A program made the translations under genes and the position numbers. 64,000 nt of DNA from an uncultured Acidobacteriota bacterium. Lineage in GTDB: Bacteria; Acidobacteriota; Polarisedimenticolia; Polarisedimenticolales; DASRJG01. Of the stretch, positions 42,510 to 51,805 are shown piece after piece. The stretch spans positions 5,198 to 69,197 of the forward strand of contig CAZUGP010000058.1 in the NCBI GenBank assembly GCA_964619965.1. The letters are read 5' to 3'. Under the pieces are notes generated by a model. That model was not told where the DNA came from. It saw nothing but the letters and a program-made list of their open reading frames with translations, and ran no database searches. Positions within the stretch are counted from its first letter, which is position 1; each line of letters starts with the position of its first letter.

Positions 42510-42981
42510 CGGGGATCGTCAGCTCGGCCTTGGCCGGAGCACAGTAGCCAGAGGCGGCGACACAATAGAAATAGCTCAGCTTGGCGCGGATCTCGTGCAG
42601 GCCCTTCTTCGCCTGCCCGTCGAGATGCAAAGTGATCGTCAGCGGGTCGACGCCCCCGTGAAAGTAGTTCGAGTCCAGTTGATCGGCCGGGGGTGCGGCC
42701 GCGTTGCCCAACGACTGTTCCGCCGCGTCCACCAATCCCGGAACTGCCGGAACTTGCAGCTTGATCTTCGGGTATCTGTTCATCTTGATTCCCGGCTTCG
42801 GCTCGATCCTAACGGTAACCGACGCGTCGGACCCGGCACGGACGGCGTCAGGGGAGACCGCGAGGGCGACTTCGACCGGCGCCTCGGAAGCGGCCGAACG
42901 CCCGGCGGGCGCAGCCCCGGCTCGAGAATCCGCAAGAATCAGGATCGCGAGAAAAAAGCCCAGACTCTTCATCCACTTCAT
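42496..42981 (-). CDS. secreted DsbD-N-terminal-like (PF11412-like) domain protein
   Basis: Start MKWMKSLGFFLAILILA. Ig-like pattern ending in LSYFYCVAASGYCAPAKAELTIPVTV, which resembles the DsbD alpha / DsbC-corrector domain. Convergent 14-nt overlap with the GHMP kinase gene. Confidence 0.55.
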   Translation of the reverse strand: MKWMKSLGFFLAILILADSRAGAAPAGRSAASEAPVEVALAVSPDAVRAGSDASVTVRIEPKPGIKMNRYPKIKLQVPAVPGLVDAAEQSLGNAAAPPADQLDSNYFHGGVDPLTITLHLDGQAKKGLHEIRAKLSYFYCVAASGYCAPAKAELTIPVTVR

Positions 42982-43101
42982 TCTAAAGGGTGGCCGACCG
43001 CGGCGCCACGCGATCCCCGGAGGCAACCCCCGGTTGTCGGCCCCACTTTGTGGGGGTACACTCTCTCTGGCTTCGACCGTCTCGTGCAGGGAGAGAATTC
43101 C

Positions 43102-43758
43102 ATGACGACGAAGAGCTTCGGTCGCGTCTTCTTGGTGCTCGCCACCGTCGGACCGCTCGCTCCAGCGGCGTTCGCGGACGAGATCGTCCACTTCACGAAC
43201 GGCGCCGAGATGACCGTGCGTTCCCACACGGTCGAACAAAACAAGCGCACCGTGCGGCTCGACCTCGGCGGAAACAGCTTCATCGCCTTTCCCATGTCGA
43301 TGGTCGACAAGATCGTCAGCGCCGGGCAGGACGTGTTCTTGAACCCCGTGTTTCATCCTTCCAATCAAGCGATCGCCGGAGGTTCCGGCGGCGCGGGGTC
43401 GGAAAACGCGTCTCGCGGCGCCGCTCCGATCAATACGTCCGGCGGTCGGCCGGTCCCGAACCCGCGTCAGGGCGCGATGCTGGGTGAGGCTGCCGACCCC
43501 GTTCCGGCGCCCTCGATGGCAGGTCAGCAAGTCGATCGCACCGTCGCCACCACTCGACGCGTCTTCAACCCCGCCTTCCCGGCCCCGCAGGGCGGGCAAC
43601 CCCAGGTGATCATGCCGCCGGGGATGGCGAAGGCGCCGGTGGTAAGGGCTTTCGCTCCGATCGGTTCTGCGGAGCCGCCTACCCCACCTCCCAGCGTCAC
43701 CCCCGACGAGCAACCACAAAGCGACCCCCCTGCCGAGGATCCACCCGATTCGCCCTGA
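43102..43758 (+). CDS. hypothetical secreted protein with a Pro/Gly-rich C-terminal half
   Basis: Start MTTKSFGRVFLVLATVGPLAPAAFA, a small beta-rich domain, then a low-complexity tail. Confidence 0.6.
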   Translation: MTTKSFGRVFLVLATVGPLAPAAFADEIVHFTNGAEMTVRSHTVEQNKRTVRLDLGGNSFIAFPMSMVDKIVSAGQDVFLNPVFHPSNQAIAGGSGGAGSENASRGAAPINTSGGRPVPNPRQGAMLGEAADPVPAPSMAGQQVDRTVATTRRVFNPAFPAPQGGQPQVIMPPGMAKAPVVRAFAPIGSAEPPTPPPSVTPDEQPQSDPPAEDPPDSP

Positions 43759-43762
43759 GACG

Positions 43763-44323
43763 ATGGGAATCGTACTCGGAGTCACCGGCCCGAACGCCGC
43801 GGGCAAGGGCGAGGTATCCGCGTACCTGGGCACGCTGGGCTTTGCGGTGCACTCCCTTTCCGACATCGTCCGCGAGGAGGCCGCCCTTCGCGGATTGAAA
43901 CCGGAGCGCGAGCATCTCATCCGGATCGGCACGCTCTTGAGGGAGCAGGGCGGCCCGGGGGTTCTCGCGGAGCGAATGATCCCAAGGCTGGGAGCGCGGG
44001 ACGTCGTCGATTCGATCCGTAATCCAGCCGAGGTTGCGGCGTTAAGACGCGTGAACGGTTTTGTGCTCATCGGCGTCGACGCACCGGACCTCTTGCGCTT
44101 TGAGCGGTCGCGTGTGCGGGCGCGGCCGGGCGATCCGGAATCGTTCGCGCAGTTTGCGGCTCGCGAGCGGCAGGAGAACAGCGCGAACCCGGCGGGTCAG
44201 CAGCTCCGCGCGACCTTCGCGCTCGCGGATCGCGTCCTTCACAACAAGGGTGATCTCCCCGCGCTGCAGCTTTCGGTCGATAGCCTGCTCCACGAGTTCG
44301 GCGCGATCCCCAAGGTGCGTTGA
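43763..44323 (+). CDS. P-loop nucleoside/nucleotide kinase-like protein (dephospho-CoA-kinase/adenylate-kinase-related)
   Basis: Walker A GVTGPNAAGKG. Size and layout match small NMP-kinase-like proteins. Ends 1 nt before the dxs start. Confidence 0.6.
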   Translation: MGIVLGVTGPNAAGKGEVSAYLGTLGFAVHSLSDIVREEAALRGLKPEREHLIRIGTLLREQGGPGVLAERMIPRLGARDVVDSIRNPAEVAALRRVNGFVLIGVDAPDLLRFERSRVRARPGDPESFAQFAARERQENSANPAGQQLRATFALADRVLHNKGDLPALQLSVDSLLHEFGAIPKVR

Positions 44324-44324
44324 G

Positions 44325-46271
44325 ATGGACGACGTCGTTCAAGATGGCTTCGAGGCGCTTGCCGGCGACGAACACGGCACCCGCAAAGGCGCGATTCTCG
44401 ACCGCGTGGCGGAACCCGCCGACCTGAAGGCGCTCTCCCCGGTCGAGCTAGAGACGCTCTGCGCCGAGATCCGCGAGTACATCGTGGACGTCGTGTCACA
44501 AAAAGGGGGGCACCTCGGGGCGAGCCTCGGCGTCGTGGAGCTGACCGTCAGCCTCGCGCGCGTGCTCGATCTCCCCAACGACCGCGTCGTATGGGACACG
44601 GGTCACCAGGCCTATGTGCACAAGGTGCTCACCGGCCGCAAGGATGCGCTCTGGGGGATTCGACAGTACGGCGGCATCTCCGGGTTCTTGAAGCGCGCGG
44701 AAAGTCCTTACGACACCTTCGGCGCGGGGCATGCCTCGACGGCGATCTCCGCCGCTTTGGGCCTCGCGGCGGCTCGCGACCTCGTCGGGGGACGACACAA
44801 AGTCGTCGCGATCATGGGCGATGGAGCGATGACCGGCGGTCTCGCCTACGAGGCCCTCAACAATGCGGGCCATTCCGCGCGCGACCTGCTCGTCATCCTG
44901 AACGACAACGGCATGTCGATTTCGCCGAACGTCGGCGCGCTCGCGCATTACCTGACGAACATCCAGACCAACCCACGCCTCCGCCGGCTGCGCAAGGAGA
45001 GCCTCGAGGTGATGGGGCGGCTTCCACGGGTGGGCGGGACGGCTCGATCCTTGGCGACGCGCCTCGAGGCGGCGATCAAGACGGCACTCGTGCCGGGCGG
45101 GCTCTTCGAGGCGCTCGGTTTCAACTACATCGGCCCGGTCGACGGGCACGATCTCAGGATGCTCCTCGCCCTCCTCCCGAAGGTGCTCGACCGGCCGGGG
45201 CCGGTGCTCCTGCACGTCATGACGCGAAAAGGCAAGGGACTCCCGGCGGCGGAGGCCGATCACGAGGGATTCCACGGCGTGGCGCCGTTCGACAAGGTGA
45301 CCGGGAAGGCGAGTCCCGCCGTTTCTTCCGGGCGGCCCGGTTACACCGCGGTGTTCGGCCAGGCGATGGTCGAGGCCGCAGCCCATTTTCCGAAGCTGGT
45401 CGCGATCACCGCCGCGATGCCATCGGGCACGGGACTCAACGCCTTCAGGGAGAAATTCCCGAGCCGCTTCTACGACGTCGGGATCGCGGAGGCGCACGGG
45501 GTCTGTTTCGCGGCGGGTATGGCGTGCGAGGGGGCGAGACCCGTCGCGGCGGTTTATTCGACGTTTCTCCAGCGGGCGTTCGACCAAGTAGTCCACGACG
45601 TCGCGTTGCAGCACGTCCCTGTGATTTTCGCGATCGATCGTGCGGGGGTGGTCGGCGCCGACGGTCCGACGCACCACGGCGTTCTCGACCTGTCGTACAT
45701 GCGCTGCGTCCCCGGCATGGTCGTGTCGGCGCCGAAGGACGGCAACGAGCTGCGCGATCTGCTGTGGACGGCGCTCTCGCAAGAGACCGCTCCCTTCGCG
45801 ATCCGTTACCCGCGCGACACCGTGCCTCACGGGTTCGACCCGGCGCGCCAGCCTGAGATCCTCCCCATCGGCTCGTGGGAGATCTTGGACGAAGGTCACG
45901 ACGTCATGCTCCTCGCCGTCGGGGCCATGGTCGAAAGCGCGCAGGCGGCGTGCCGGGAGCTTCGGACGCTCGGACTTTCGGCGGGGGTTGTGAACTGCCG
46001 GTTCGTCAAGCCTCTCGATCACGCCACGCTCGAACGAGCGCGGCGGATGGCGAAGCTCCTCGTGACGATTGAGGAGAACAACCTGCCTGGAGGATTCGGC
46101 GAAGGCGTTTTGGAGGCGTTGGCCCTCGAGGGGCTGTCCCGCGATGCGGTCCTACGATTGGGACTTGCGGACGATTTCGTCACCCATGGCTCGCGCGCCG
46201 AGCTTCTGGCAGAGGTCGGTTTGGACGCCGCCGGGATTCTGAGTCGCGTTCGCGCCGCCGTGGCTCGATGA
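44325..46271 (+). CDS. dxs: 1-deoxy-D-xylulose-5-phosphate synthase
   Basis: GGHLGASLGVVELTVSL...VWDTGHQAYVHKVLTGR and GDGAMTGGLAYEALNNAG TPP-binding blocks. Start at the internal ATG (MDDVVQDG). Confidence 0.93.
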   Translation: MDDVVQDGFEALAGDEHGTRKGAILDRVAEPADLKALSPVELETLCAEIREYIVDVVSQKGGHLGASLGVVELTVSLARVLDLPNDRVVWDTGHQAYVHKVLTGRKDALWGIRQYGGISGFLKRAESPYDTFGAGHASTAISAALGLAAARDLVGGRHKVVAIMGDGAMTGGLAYEALNNAGHSARDLLVILNDNGMSISPNVGALAHYLTNIQTNPRLRRLRKESLEVMGRLPRVGGTARSLATRLEAAIKTALVPGGLFEALGFNYIGPVDGHDLRMLLALLPKVLDRPGPVLLHVMTRKGKGLPAAEADHEGFHGVAPFDKVTGKASPAVSSGRPGYTAVFGQAMVEAAAHFPKLVAITAAMPSGTGLNAFREKFPSRFYDVGIAEAHGVCFAAGMACEGARPVAAVYSTFLQRAFDQVVHDVALQHVPVIFAIDRAGVVGADGPTHHGVLDLSYMRCVPGMVVSAPKDGNELRDLLWTALSQETAPFAIRYPRDTVPHGFDPARQPEILPIGSWEILDEGHDVMLLAVGAMVESAQAACRELRTLGLSAGVVNCRFVKPLDHATLERARRMAKLLVTIEENNLPGGFGEGVLEALALEGLSRDAVLRLGLADDFVTHGSRAELLAEVGLDAAGILSRVRAAVAR

Positions 46272-46783
46272 GCGCGCGCCACACGCCGCACTCCGGAGGC
46301 GCCCGAGCGATCGGGGGCCTGGCGTTTGGATTGCTGACCGTCAGCGATACGCGTGGGACGGGGGACGATGTTTCGGGGGGCGTGCTGCGCGAGCTCGTCC
46401 TAGCGTCGGGACACCGCGTGCAGGGAACCGCGATCGTGCCCGACGATCCCGCGGCCGTGCGCGGCCAAATCCTTCAGTGGACGCTCGACCCGGCCTGCGA
46501 CGTGATCGTCTCGACAGGCGGCACGGGGCTGTCGGCACGCGATCGCACCGTCGAGGCGGTCGCCACGCTCTTCGACGTGAGGATCGACGGATTCGGCGAG
46601 TTGTTCCGGCTGCTCTCGTTCGAGGAGATCGGTAGCGCCGCGATGTTGAGCCGCGCCCAGGCCGGCGTCGTCCGGGGCAAGCCGGTGTTCCTCCTCCCCG
46701 GCTCGCCTGCGGCGGTAAGGCTCGCGCTCACGCGCCTCGTCCTACCGGAGATCGCGCACGTCGTGGACGAGCTTCGTCGCTAG
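46268..46783 (+). CDS. moaB: molybdenum cofactor biosynthesis protein B (MoaB/MogA family)
   Basis: LTVSDTR...VIVSTGGTGLSARDRT...LLPGSPAAV are family blocks. 4-nt overlap with dxs. Confidence 0.85.
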   Translation: MSARHTPHSGGARAIGGLAFGLLTVSDTRGTGDDVSGGVLRELVLASGHRVQGTAIVPDDPAAVRGQILQWTLDPACDVIVSTGGTGLSARDRTVEAVATLFDVRIDGFGELFRLLSFEEIGSAAMLSRAQAGVVRGKPVFLLPGSPAAVRLALTRLVLPEIAHVVDELRR

Positions 46784-47058
46784 TTCTGGAACTTCGGGTC
46801 GGGCGGGGGCTCCGAGGTCGTGACGGTGCCGAAACGCTGCTCGTAGCGCGCGAGGTTTTCCGCAAGTGCCGAGACCATGCGTTTCAGGTGGCCCGGGCTG
46901 ACGATGACCCTCGCGTTCACGATCCCCTCGGGAGGGCACACGTTGATGAAGTCGATGACGAATTCCTCACGGCCGTGGCGGACCACCATCTGGTTCGCGT
47001 ACACGCCGCGGAGGATCTCCTCCGGGATCTTGATGTGGATTTCACGCTCGTCGGCCAT
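46780..47058 (-). CDS. DUF3467-like protein
   Basis: 92 aa. GVYANQMVVRHGREEFVIDFINV...ARVIVSPGHLKRMVSAL is typical of DUF3467. Confidence 0.75.
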   Translation of the reverse strand: MADEREIHIKIPEEILRGVYANQMVVRHGREEFVIDFINVCPPEGIVNARVIVSPGHLKRMVSALAENLARYEQRFGTVTTSEPPPDPKFQN

Positions 47059-47132
47059 GGCGGCTCCTCCGCGGTTATCCTATCCCGGCCTGCTAATGTG
47101 GGCACGGGTCGATCGACCGCAAGGAGCAAATC

Positions 47133-47405
47133 ATGGCTACCGTGACATGCACACGCTGCAAGAACGAGGCGCCGGGCCTCGAACGTGCGCCGCTTCCGGG
47201 CGAGGCGGGGCAGGTCATTCTCGCGAATGTCTGCGCCACCTGTTGGAAGGAGTGGCTCGGGACGCAGGTCAAGTACATCAACGAGTATCGACTCAGTCCC
47301 TTAGACCCGCGTCACTTCGAGTTCCTGCTCGAGCAAGCCCGCGCCTTCCTGATGCTCCCGGGAGCGGAAGCCGGGGCGCCTGAGCCGGGAACGCCGCGCC
47401 CATGA
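47133..47405 (+). CDS. yggX: Fe(2+)-trafficking / oxidative-damage protection protein YggX-like
   Basis: 90 aa. C..C......L...P.PGE.G..I...(V/I)C..CW.EW...Q...INEYRL pattern. AAGGAG RBS. Confidence 0.75.
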   Translation: MATVTCTRCKNEAPGLERAPLPGEAGQVILANVCATCWKEWLGTQVKYINEYRLSPLDPRHFEFLLEQARAFLMLPGAEAGAPEPGTPRP

Positions 47406-48589
47406 CGAGCGGGCTCAACACCCGGTTGGCGGCCGCCATCGACGGACTGGCCAAAGACGGCGTCTACAAGACGCTCAATCACTTAGACAGCCCGCAGTCG
47501 GCGTGGGTGACGATGGAGGGTCGCGGTCGCGTCCTCATCCTCTCCTCGAACAACTACGTCGGGCTCTGCGATGTCCCCGAGGTGATCGAGGCGGGGAAGG
47601 CGGCTCTCGACCGCTTCGGTGCCGGCACCGGATCGGTCCGGTTCATCTGCGGCACGTTCACGATCCACCGCGAGCTCGAGGCGGAGCTTGCGCGCTTCGT
47701 CGGAACGGAGGCCGCGCTCTCCTACGTGTCCTGCTGGACGGCGAACGAAGGCCTGATGCCGACGGTGCTCGACGAGCAGGACGCGGTCATCTCGGATGCG
47801 CTGAACCACGCGAGCATCATCGACGGCGTGAGGCTGTGCAAGGCTTCGCGCCGTGTCTACAAGCACGCGGACATGGCCGAGCTTGCGGCCATCCTGAAGG
47901 AGACGAGCTCCGCGCGGACGCGATTCATCATTACCGACGGCGTGTTCAGCATGGAAGGAGATATCGCCAATCTTCCCGAGATCGTAGCCTTAGCGCGAGC
48001 TCACGATGCCGTGGTCGCGATCGACGACTCCCACGCCACCGGCGTACTGGGAAAAACCGGCCGTGGCACCGCCGAGCATTACGGGCTGGTCGGCGAGGTG
48101 GATGTCATCACGTCGACGCTCGGGAAGGCGTTGGGCGGTGCCGCCGGTGGATTCACGGCGGGGTCTTCGGTCCTCGTCGACTACCTGATCCAAAGGTCGC
48201 GCCCGCAGTTGTTCTCGAACGCCCTTCCCCCGACCGTCGCGGCGAGCGCCTTGGCTGCGGTGCGCTATCTGACGGCGCACCCGGAGCGCGTGGCGCGCTT
48301 GAACGACAACGCGCGCTATTTTCGTGCGAGTCTCAAGGAGATCGGGCTGCGCCCGCTGGCGGGCGAGACGCCGATCGTCCCGATCATCTTGGGAGAAACG
48401 GCCAAGGCGATGCGCGCGAGCGCGATGATGCTGGACGAGGGTGTATTCGTCACCGGCTTCGGCTATCCCGTCGTGCCGCAAGGGGAGGCGCGTGTCCGGT
48501 GTCAGGTTTCGGCTGCGCACACCAGAGATGACCTGGATTTCGCGTTGGCCGCGTTCAAGCGAGTCGGAACGAAGCTAGGGCTGATCTGA
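47402..48589 (+). CDS. kbl: glycine C-acetyltransferase (2-amino-3-ketobutyrate CoA ligase)
   Basis: SVRFICGTFTIHRELE...SDALNHASIIDGVRLCKA...TDGVFSMEGDIA...TLGKALGG (PLP lysine block). Confidence 0.9.
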   Translation: MTSGLNTRLAAAIDGLAKDGVYKTLNHLDSPQSAWVTMEGRGRVLILSSNNYVGLCDVPEVIEAGKAALDRFGAGTGSVRFICGTFTIHRELEAELARFVGTEAALSYVSCWTANEGLMPTVLDEQDAVISDALNHASIIDGVRLCKASRRVYKHADMAELAAILKETSSARTRFIITDGVFSMEGDIANLPEIVALARAHDAVVAIDDSHATGVLGKTGRGTAEHYGLVGEVDVITSTLGKALGGAAGGFTAGSSVLVDYLIQRSRPQLFSNALPPTVAASALAAVRYLTAHPERVARLNDNARYFRASLKEIGLRPLAGETPIVPIILGETAKAMRASAMMLDEGVFVTGFGYPVVPQGEARVRCQVSAAHTRDDLDFALAAFKRVGTKLGLI

Positions 48590-48733
48590 GGCGGGCGCCT
48601 CGAACGTCACCAAGACTTCCTGGTCGGTGAGTCGCTGGAGCTGCGCGATACGCCAGCCGAGGTCGAGCTGCCGCCGTACGCGCTCGTCATCCCTGGGCTC
48701 CAAACCGTAAGGAAGGGGAAGCTGGAGCTGCAT
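48575..48733 (-). CDS. possible small protein (52 aa), unknown function
   Basis: Absent from the ORF track. Manual translation: MQLQLPLPYGLEPRDDERVRRQLDLGWRIAQLQRLTDQEVLVTFEAPASDQP. 41 of 52 codons end in G or C by my count, which is coding-like. There is no clear SD. The 3' end overlaps the kbl stop region by 15 nt. Confidence 0.3.
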   Translation of the reverse strand: MQLQLPLPYGLEPRDDERVRRQLDLGWRIAQLQRLTDQEVLVTFEAPASDQP

Positions 48734-48784
48734 TCTTTTGATCTCGGTCAATGCGGGCGCCTCCTAGGCTAGGAGAATATCCGT

Positions 48785-48813
48785 TTGACGAAGGCGTGGC
48801 CATACCGTACCTT
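48785..48813 (+). promoter_or_regulatory. putative sigma70-type promoter upstream of erpA
   Basis: TTGACG (48785..48790), 17-nt spacer, TACCTT (48808..48813), 28 nt upstream of the ATG. Confidence 0.4.
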
Positions 48814-48841
48814 TTGAGAGTTCACAGCGGAGGATTCGACC

Positions 48842-49165
48842 ATGATTCAGCTCAGCGAGCGGGCCGTCAGCAAGGTGAAGGAACTCCTGACGACGGACAA
48901 CAAGACCGGCTACGGGCTTCGCGTCGCGGTCCAGGGCGGCGGGTGCTCGGGTTTCCAGTACGGGCTGACTTTCGACAACGAAGAAAAGCCGAACGACAAC
49001 GTCCTCGAGATCGACGGTCTCAAGGTCTACGTCGATGCCATGTCGGGGATGTACTTAGACGGCGTCAAGATCGACTACATCGAGAGCCTCGAGGGGTCGG
49101 GGTTCAAGATCGAAAATCCGAACGCCAGCGGCAGCTGCGGCTGCGGCCAGAGTTTCCAGGCCTGA
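48842..49165 (+). CDS. erpA: iron-sulfur cluster insertion protein (A-type carrier, ErpA/IscA family)
   Basis: GGGCSGFQY and C-terminal SCGCGQSF cysteine ligands. 107 aa. Confidence 0.92.
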   Translation: MIQLSERAVSKVKELLTTDNKTGYGLRVAVQGGGCSGFQYGLTFDNEEKPNDNVLEIDGLKVYVDAMSGMYLDGVKIDYIESLEGSGFKIENPNASGSCGCGQSFQA

Positions 49166-49179
49166 CGATCCTCCCATCG

Positions 49180-50319
49180 TTGGAGCGGGTCGAGGGTGCG
49201 CTCGCGAGTTATGCGCAAACGAGCGCACTTTCCCGCGGCCGCCGTCACCTTGAAGCCCATCACGGCTACCGGTCGCTCTATCAGAGAGATCGCGACCGCA
49301 TCGTGCACGCGCGGGCGTTTCGCCGACTCGAATACAAGACGCAGGTGTTCGTCAATCACGAGGGGGATCACTACCGCACGCGGCTGACGCACTCGATCGA
49401 GGTCTCACAGATCGGGAGGACCGTCGCGCGCGCGCTCGGCCTGAACGAGGATCTGGTGGAGTCGTTGGCGCTCTCGCATGATCTCGGCCATACGCCGTTC
49501 GGTCACTTGGGCGAGGACGTGCTCGACACGTTCATGAAAGGGCACGGCGGGTTCAACCACAACCGGCAGACGCTGCGGATCGTCGAGCTCTTGGAAGAGC
49601 GATATCCCGATTTTCCCGGCCTGAACCTGACGTTCGAGGTGCGCGAGGGGATCGCAAAGCATTCCGGCCCGATCGCCGCCAGAGCACCGGAGTTCGCGGA
49701 ATACGAGCCTGCCCGGCAGCCGCCGCTGGAGGCGCAGCTGATCGATCTCGTCGACGAGATCGCGTACAACCATCACGACATCGACGACGGTCTGTCGTCG
49801 GGGCTCTTAGAAACCGAGGCCTTGGCCGACGCGGTGCCGCTCTTCGGCGAACCGCTCCTCAGAGCGCGCTCCCGCTGGCCGCAGTCCGACCCGCGCCGCG
49901 TCAGGACGGTCGCGCTTCGCGGGTTGATCAACGTCCTCGTGACCGACCTCATCGAGACGACGGCGTCGGCCATTCTCGCGGCGGGTGTCGCTTCACTCGA
50001 GGACGTCAGGAACGCCGGTCGCCTTCTGTCCGGTCTCTCGCCCGGCGTCTCCGATCAGAACCGCGCGCTCAAGTCCTACCTCAAGACCCACCTGTACGAG
50101 CACCACCGGATCGAGCGCATGAAGGACAAGGCGGGACGCGTGCTGCACGCGCTTTGCGAGCGCTATCTCGAGAACCCGAAGCTACTCCCCGACGACGCGC
50201 GGCGCCGGACCGAGGCCGAAGGGGTGCATCGCGCCATCGCCGACTACATCGCCGGGATGACCGATCGTTACGCCACCGAGGAATACCAGCGCCTTTTCGA
50301 TCCGACCCTGCGGGTCTGA
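49180..50319 (+). CDS. dgt: deoxyguanosinetriphosphate triphosphohydrolase-like HD-domain protein
   Basis: SRGR...YQRDRDRIVHARAFRRLEYKTQVF...RTRLTHSIEV...HDLGHTPFGH. TTG at 49180 is the first plausible start in frame, so the start is uncertain. Confidence 0.88.
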   Translation: MERVEGALASYAQTSALSRGRRHLEAHHGYRSLYQRDRDRIVHARAFRRLEYKTQVFVNHEGDHYRTRLTHSIEVSQIGRTVARALGLNEDLVESLALSHDLGHTPFGHLGEDVLDTFMKGHGGFNHNRQTLRIVELLEERYPDFPGLNLTFEVREGIAKHSGPIAARAPEFAEYEPARQPPLEAQLIDLVDEIAYNHHDIDDGLSSGLLETEALADAVPLFGEPLLRARSRWPQSDPRRVRTVALRGLINVLVTDLIETTASAILAAGVASLEDVRNAGRLLSGLSPGVSDQNRALKSYLKTHLYEHHRIERMKDKAGRVLHALCERYLENPKLLPDDARRRTEAEGVHRAIADYIAGMTDRYATEEYQRLFDPTLRV

Positions 50320-50334
50320 CACCAGGAGACCACC

Positions 50335-51804
50335 ATGGACCAGGTCGTTCCGCCCGAGCCCGGACGGCTGCTGATCGACGGACAGTGGGCGGACGCTCGC
50401 TCCGGCAAGACGTTCGCGACCGTCAACCCCGCCGACGAGAGCGTGATCACCCACGTGGCCGAGGCGGGTGACGAGGACGTCGACGCCGCCGTTGCGGCGG
50501 CGCGCAGGGCGCTGGAATCCGGACCGTGGAAGCGAATGTCCGCGGCGGACCGGGGCAAGGTTCTCTGGCGGATGGGCGAGTTGATCCTCGAGCGCTTGGC
50601 GCACCTGTCGCTCCTCGAGACCTTGGATACCGGAAAGACGTTGTTCGATTCGGGCAAGATCGAGCTGCCCATGGCCGCGCAGATCTTCCAGTTTTACGCG
50701 GGCGCCGCCTCGAAGATCGCGGGGAAGACGCCTTCCAGCCGGTCCGACGCTTTCCTGTTCACACTGAAGGAACCCGTCGGCGTCGTCGCTGCGATCGTGC
50801 CCTGGAACTTCCCGTTCCTCCTCTCTTCGTGGAAAGTCGCTCCGGCGCTCGCCGCCGGATGCTGCGTGATCCTGAAGCCGGCGAGCCAGACGCCGCTCAC
50901 GGCCCTCGAGCTGGGAAAGATCGGGCTCGACGCCGGTCTTCCTCCGGGCGTGCTCCAGGTGCTCCCCGGCGCCGGCGCGGGAGCAGGCCTGGCGCTGGTG
51001 CGCCACGCCGGGGTCGACAAGATCGCGTTCACCGGGAGCACCTCGGTCGGGAAGACGATTCTTCGCGAGGCCGCGGCTACCTTGAAGCGAGTATCTGTCG
51101 AGCTGGGCGGAAAATCCCCGAACATCGTCTTTGCCGACGCCGACCAGGAAGCCGCGATGCGCGGCGCCTTCAACGGCATCTTCTACAACAAGGGCGAAGT
51201 GTGCGCGGCCGGCTCGCGCCTGTTCGTCCAAAAATCGATCCACGATGACTTCGTCGCGCAGCTCGCCGAGCGCACCGACGCGATCGTCTTGGGCGACCCC
51301 CGCGAGAAGGGCACGCGCATGGGGCCTGTCGTTTCGGCCGGTCAGATGGACACGGTGCTCGGGTACATCGCCTCCGGGAAGAAAGACGGCGCGCGAATCG
51401 CCGCCGGTGGACGGCGCGCGTCTGAGGTCAACGGCGGCCGAGGGTATTTCGTGAGGCCGACCGTGTTCGACGGCGTCTTACCGGAAATGAAGATCGCGCG
51501 CGAGGAGATCTTCGGACCCGTGCTCTCCGTCCTTGCGTTCGACGACGTGGACGACGTCATCGCGTCGGCCAACGGCTCGATCTACGGGCTCGCCGCCGGC
51601 ATCTTCACGAAGGACGTCGCGAAGGCGCACAAGGTGGCGCGCGCGATCCGGGCGGGCACCGTCTGGGTGAACACCTACAACCTCTACGACCCGTCCCTGC
51701 CGTTCGGCGGCTTCAAGCAGAGCGGATTCGGACGCGATCTGGGAGACGAGGCGTTGGAAGGTTACCTCGAGACGAAGAGCGTGTGGATCGACCTGGGGCG
51801 CTGA
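50335..51804 (+). CDS. NAD(P)-dependent aldehyde dehydrogenase
   Basis: PWNFP, ELGGKSP, and the catalytic Cys block KGEVCAAGSRLFV. Confidence 0.92.
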   Translation: MDQVVPPEPGRLLIDGQWADARSGKTFATVNPADESVITHVAEAGDEDVDAAVAAARRALESGPWKRMSAADRGKVLWRMGELILERLAHLSLLETLDTGKTLFDSGKIELPMAAQIFQFYAGAASKIAGKTPSSRSDAFLFTLKEPVGVVAAIVPWNFPFLLSSWKVAPALAAGCCVILKPASQTPLTALELGKIGLDAGLPPGVLQVLPGAGAGAGLALVRHAGVDKIAFTGSTSVGKTILREAAATLKRVSVELGGKSPNIVFADADQEAAMRGAFNGIFYNKGEVCAAGSRLFVQKSIHDDFVAQLAERTDAIVLGDPREKGTRMGPVVSAGQMDTVLGYIASGKKDGARIAAGGRRASEVNGGRGYFVRPTVFDGVLPEMKIAREEIFGPVLSVLAFDDVDDVIASANGSIYGLAAGIFTKDVAKAHKVARAIRAGTVWVNTYNLYDPSLPFGGFKQSGFGRDLGDEALEGYLETKSVWIDLGR

Positions 51805-51805
51805 G

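Noticed and set aside
44496-46022. 508-aa minus-strand ORF and 421-aa plus-strand off-frame ORF over dxs
   Set aside because: dxs is unambiguous in its own frame. The others are shadows.
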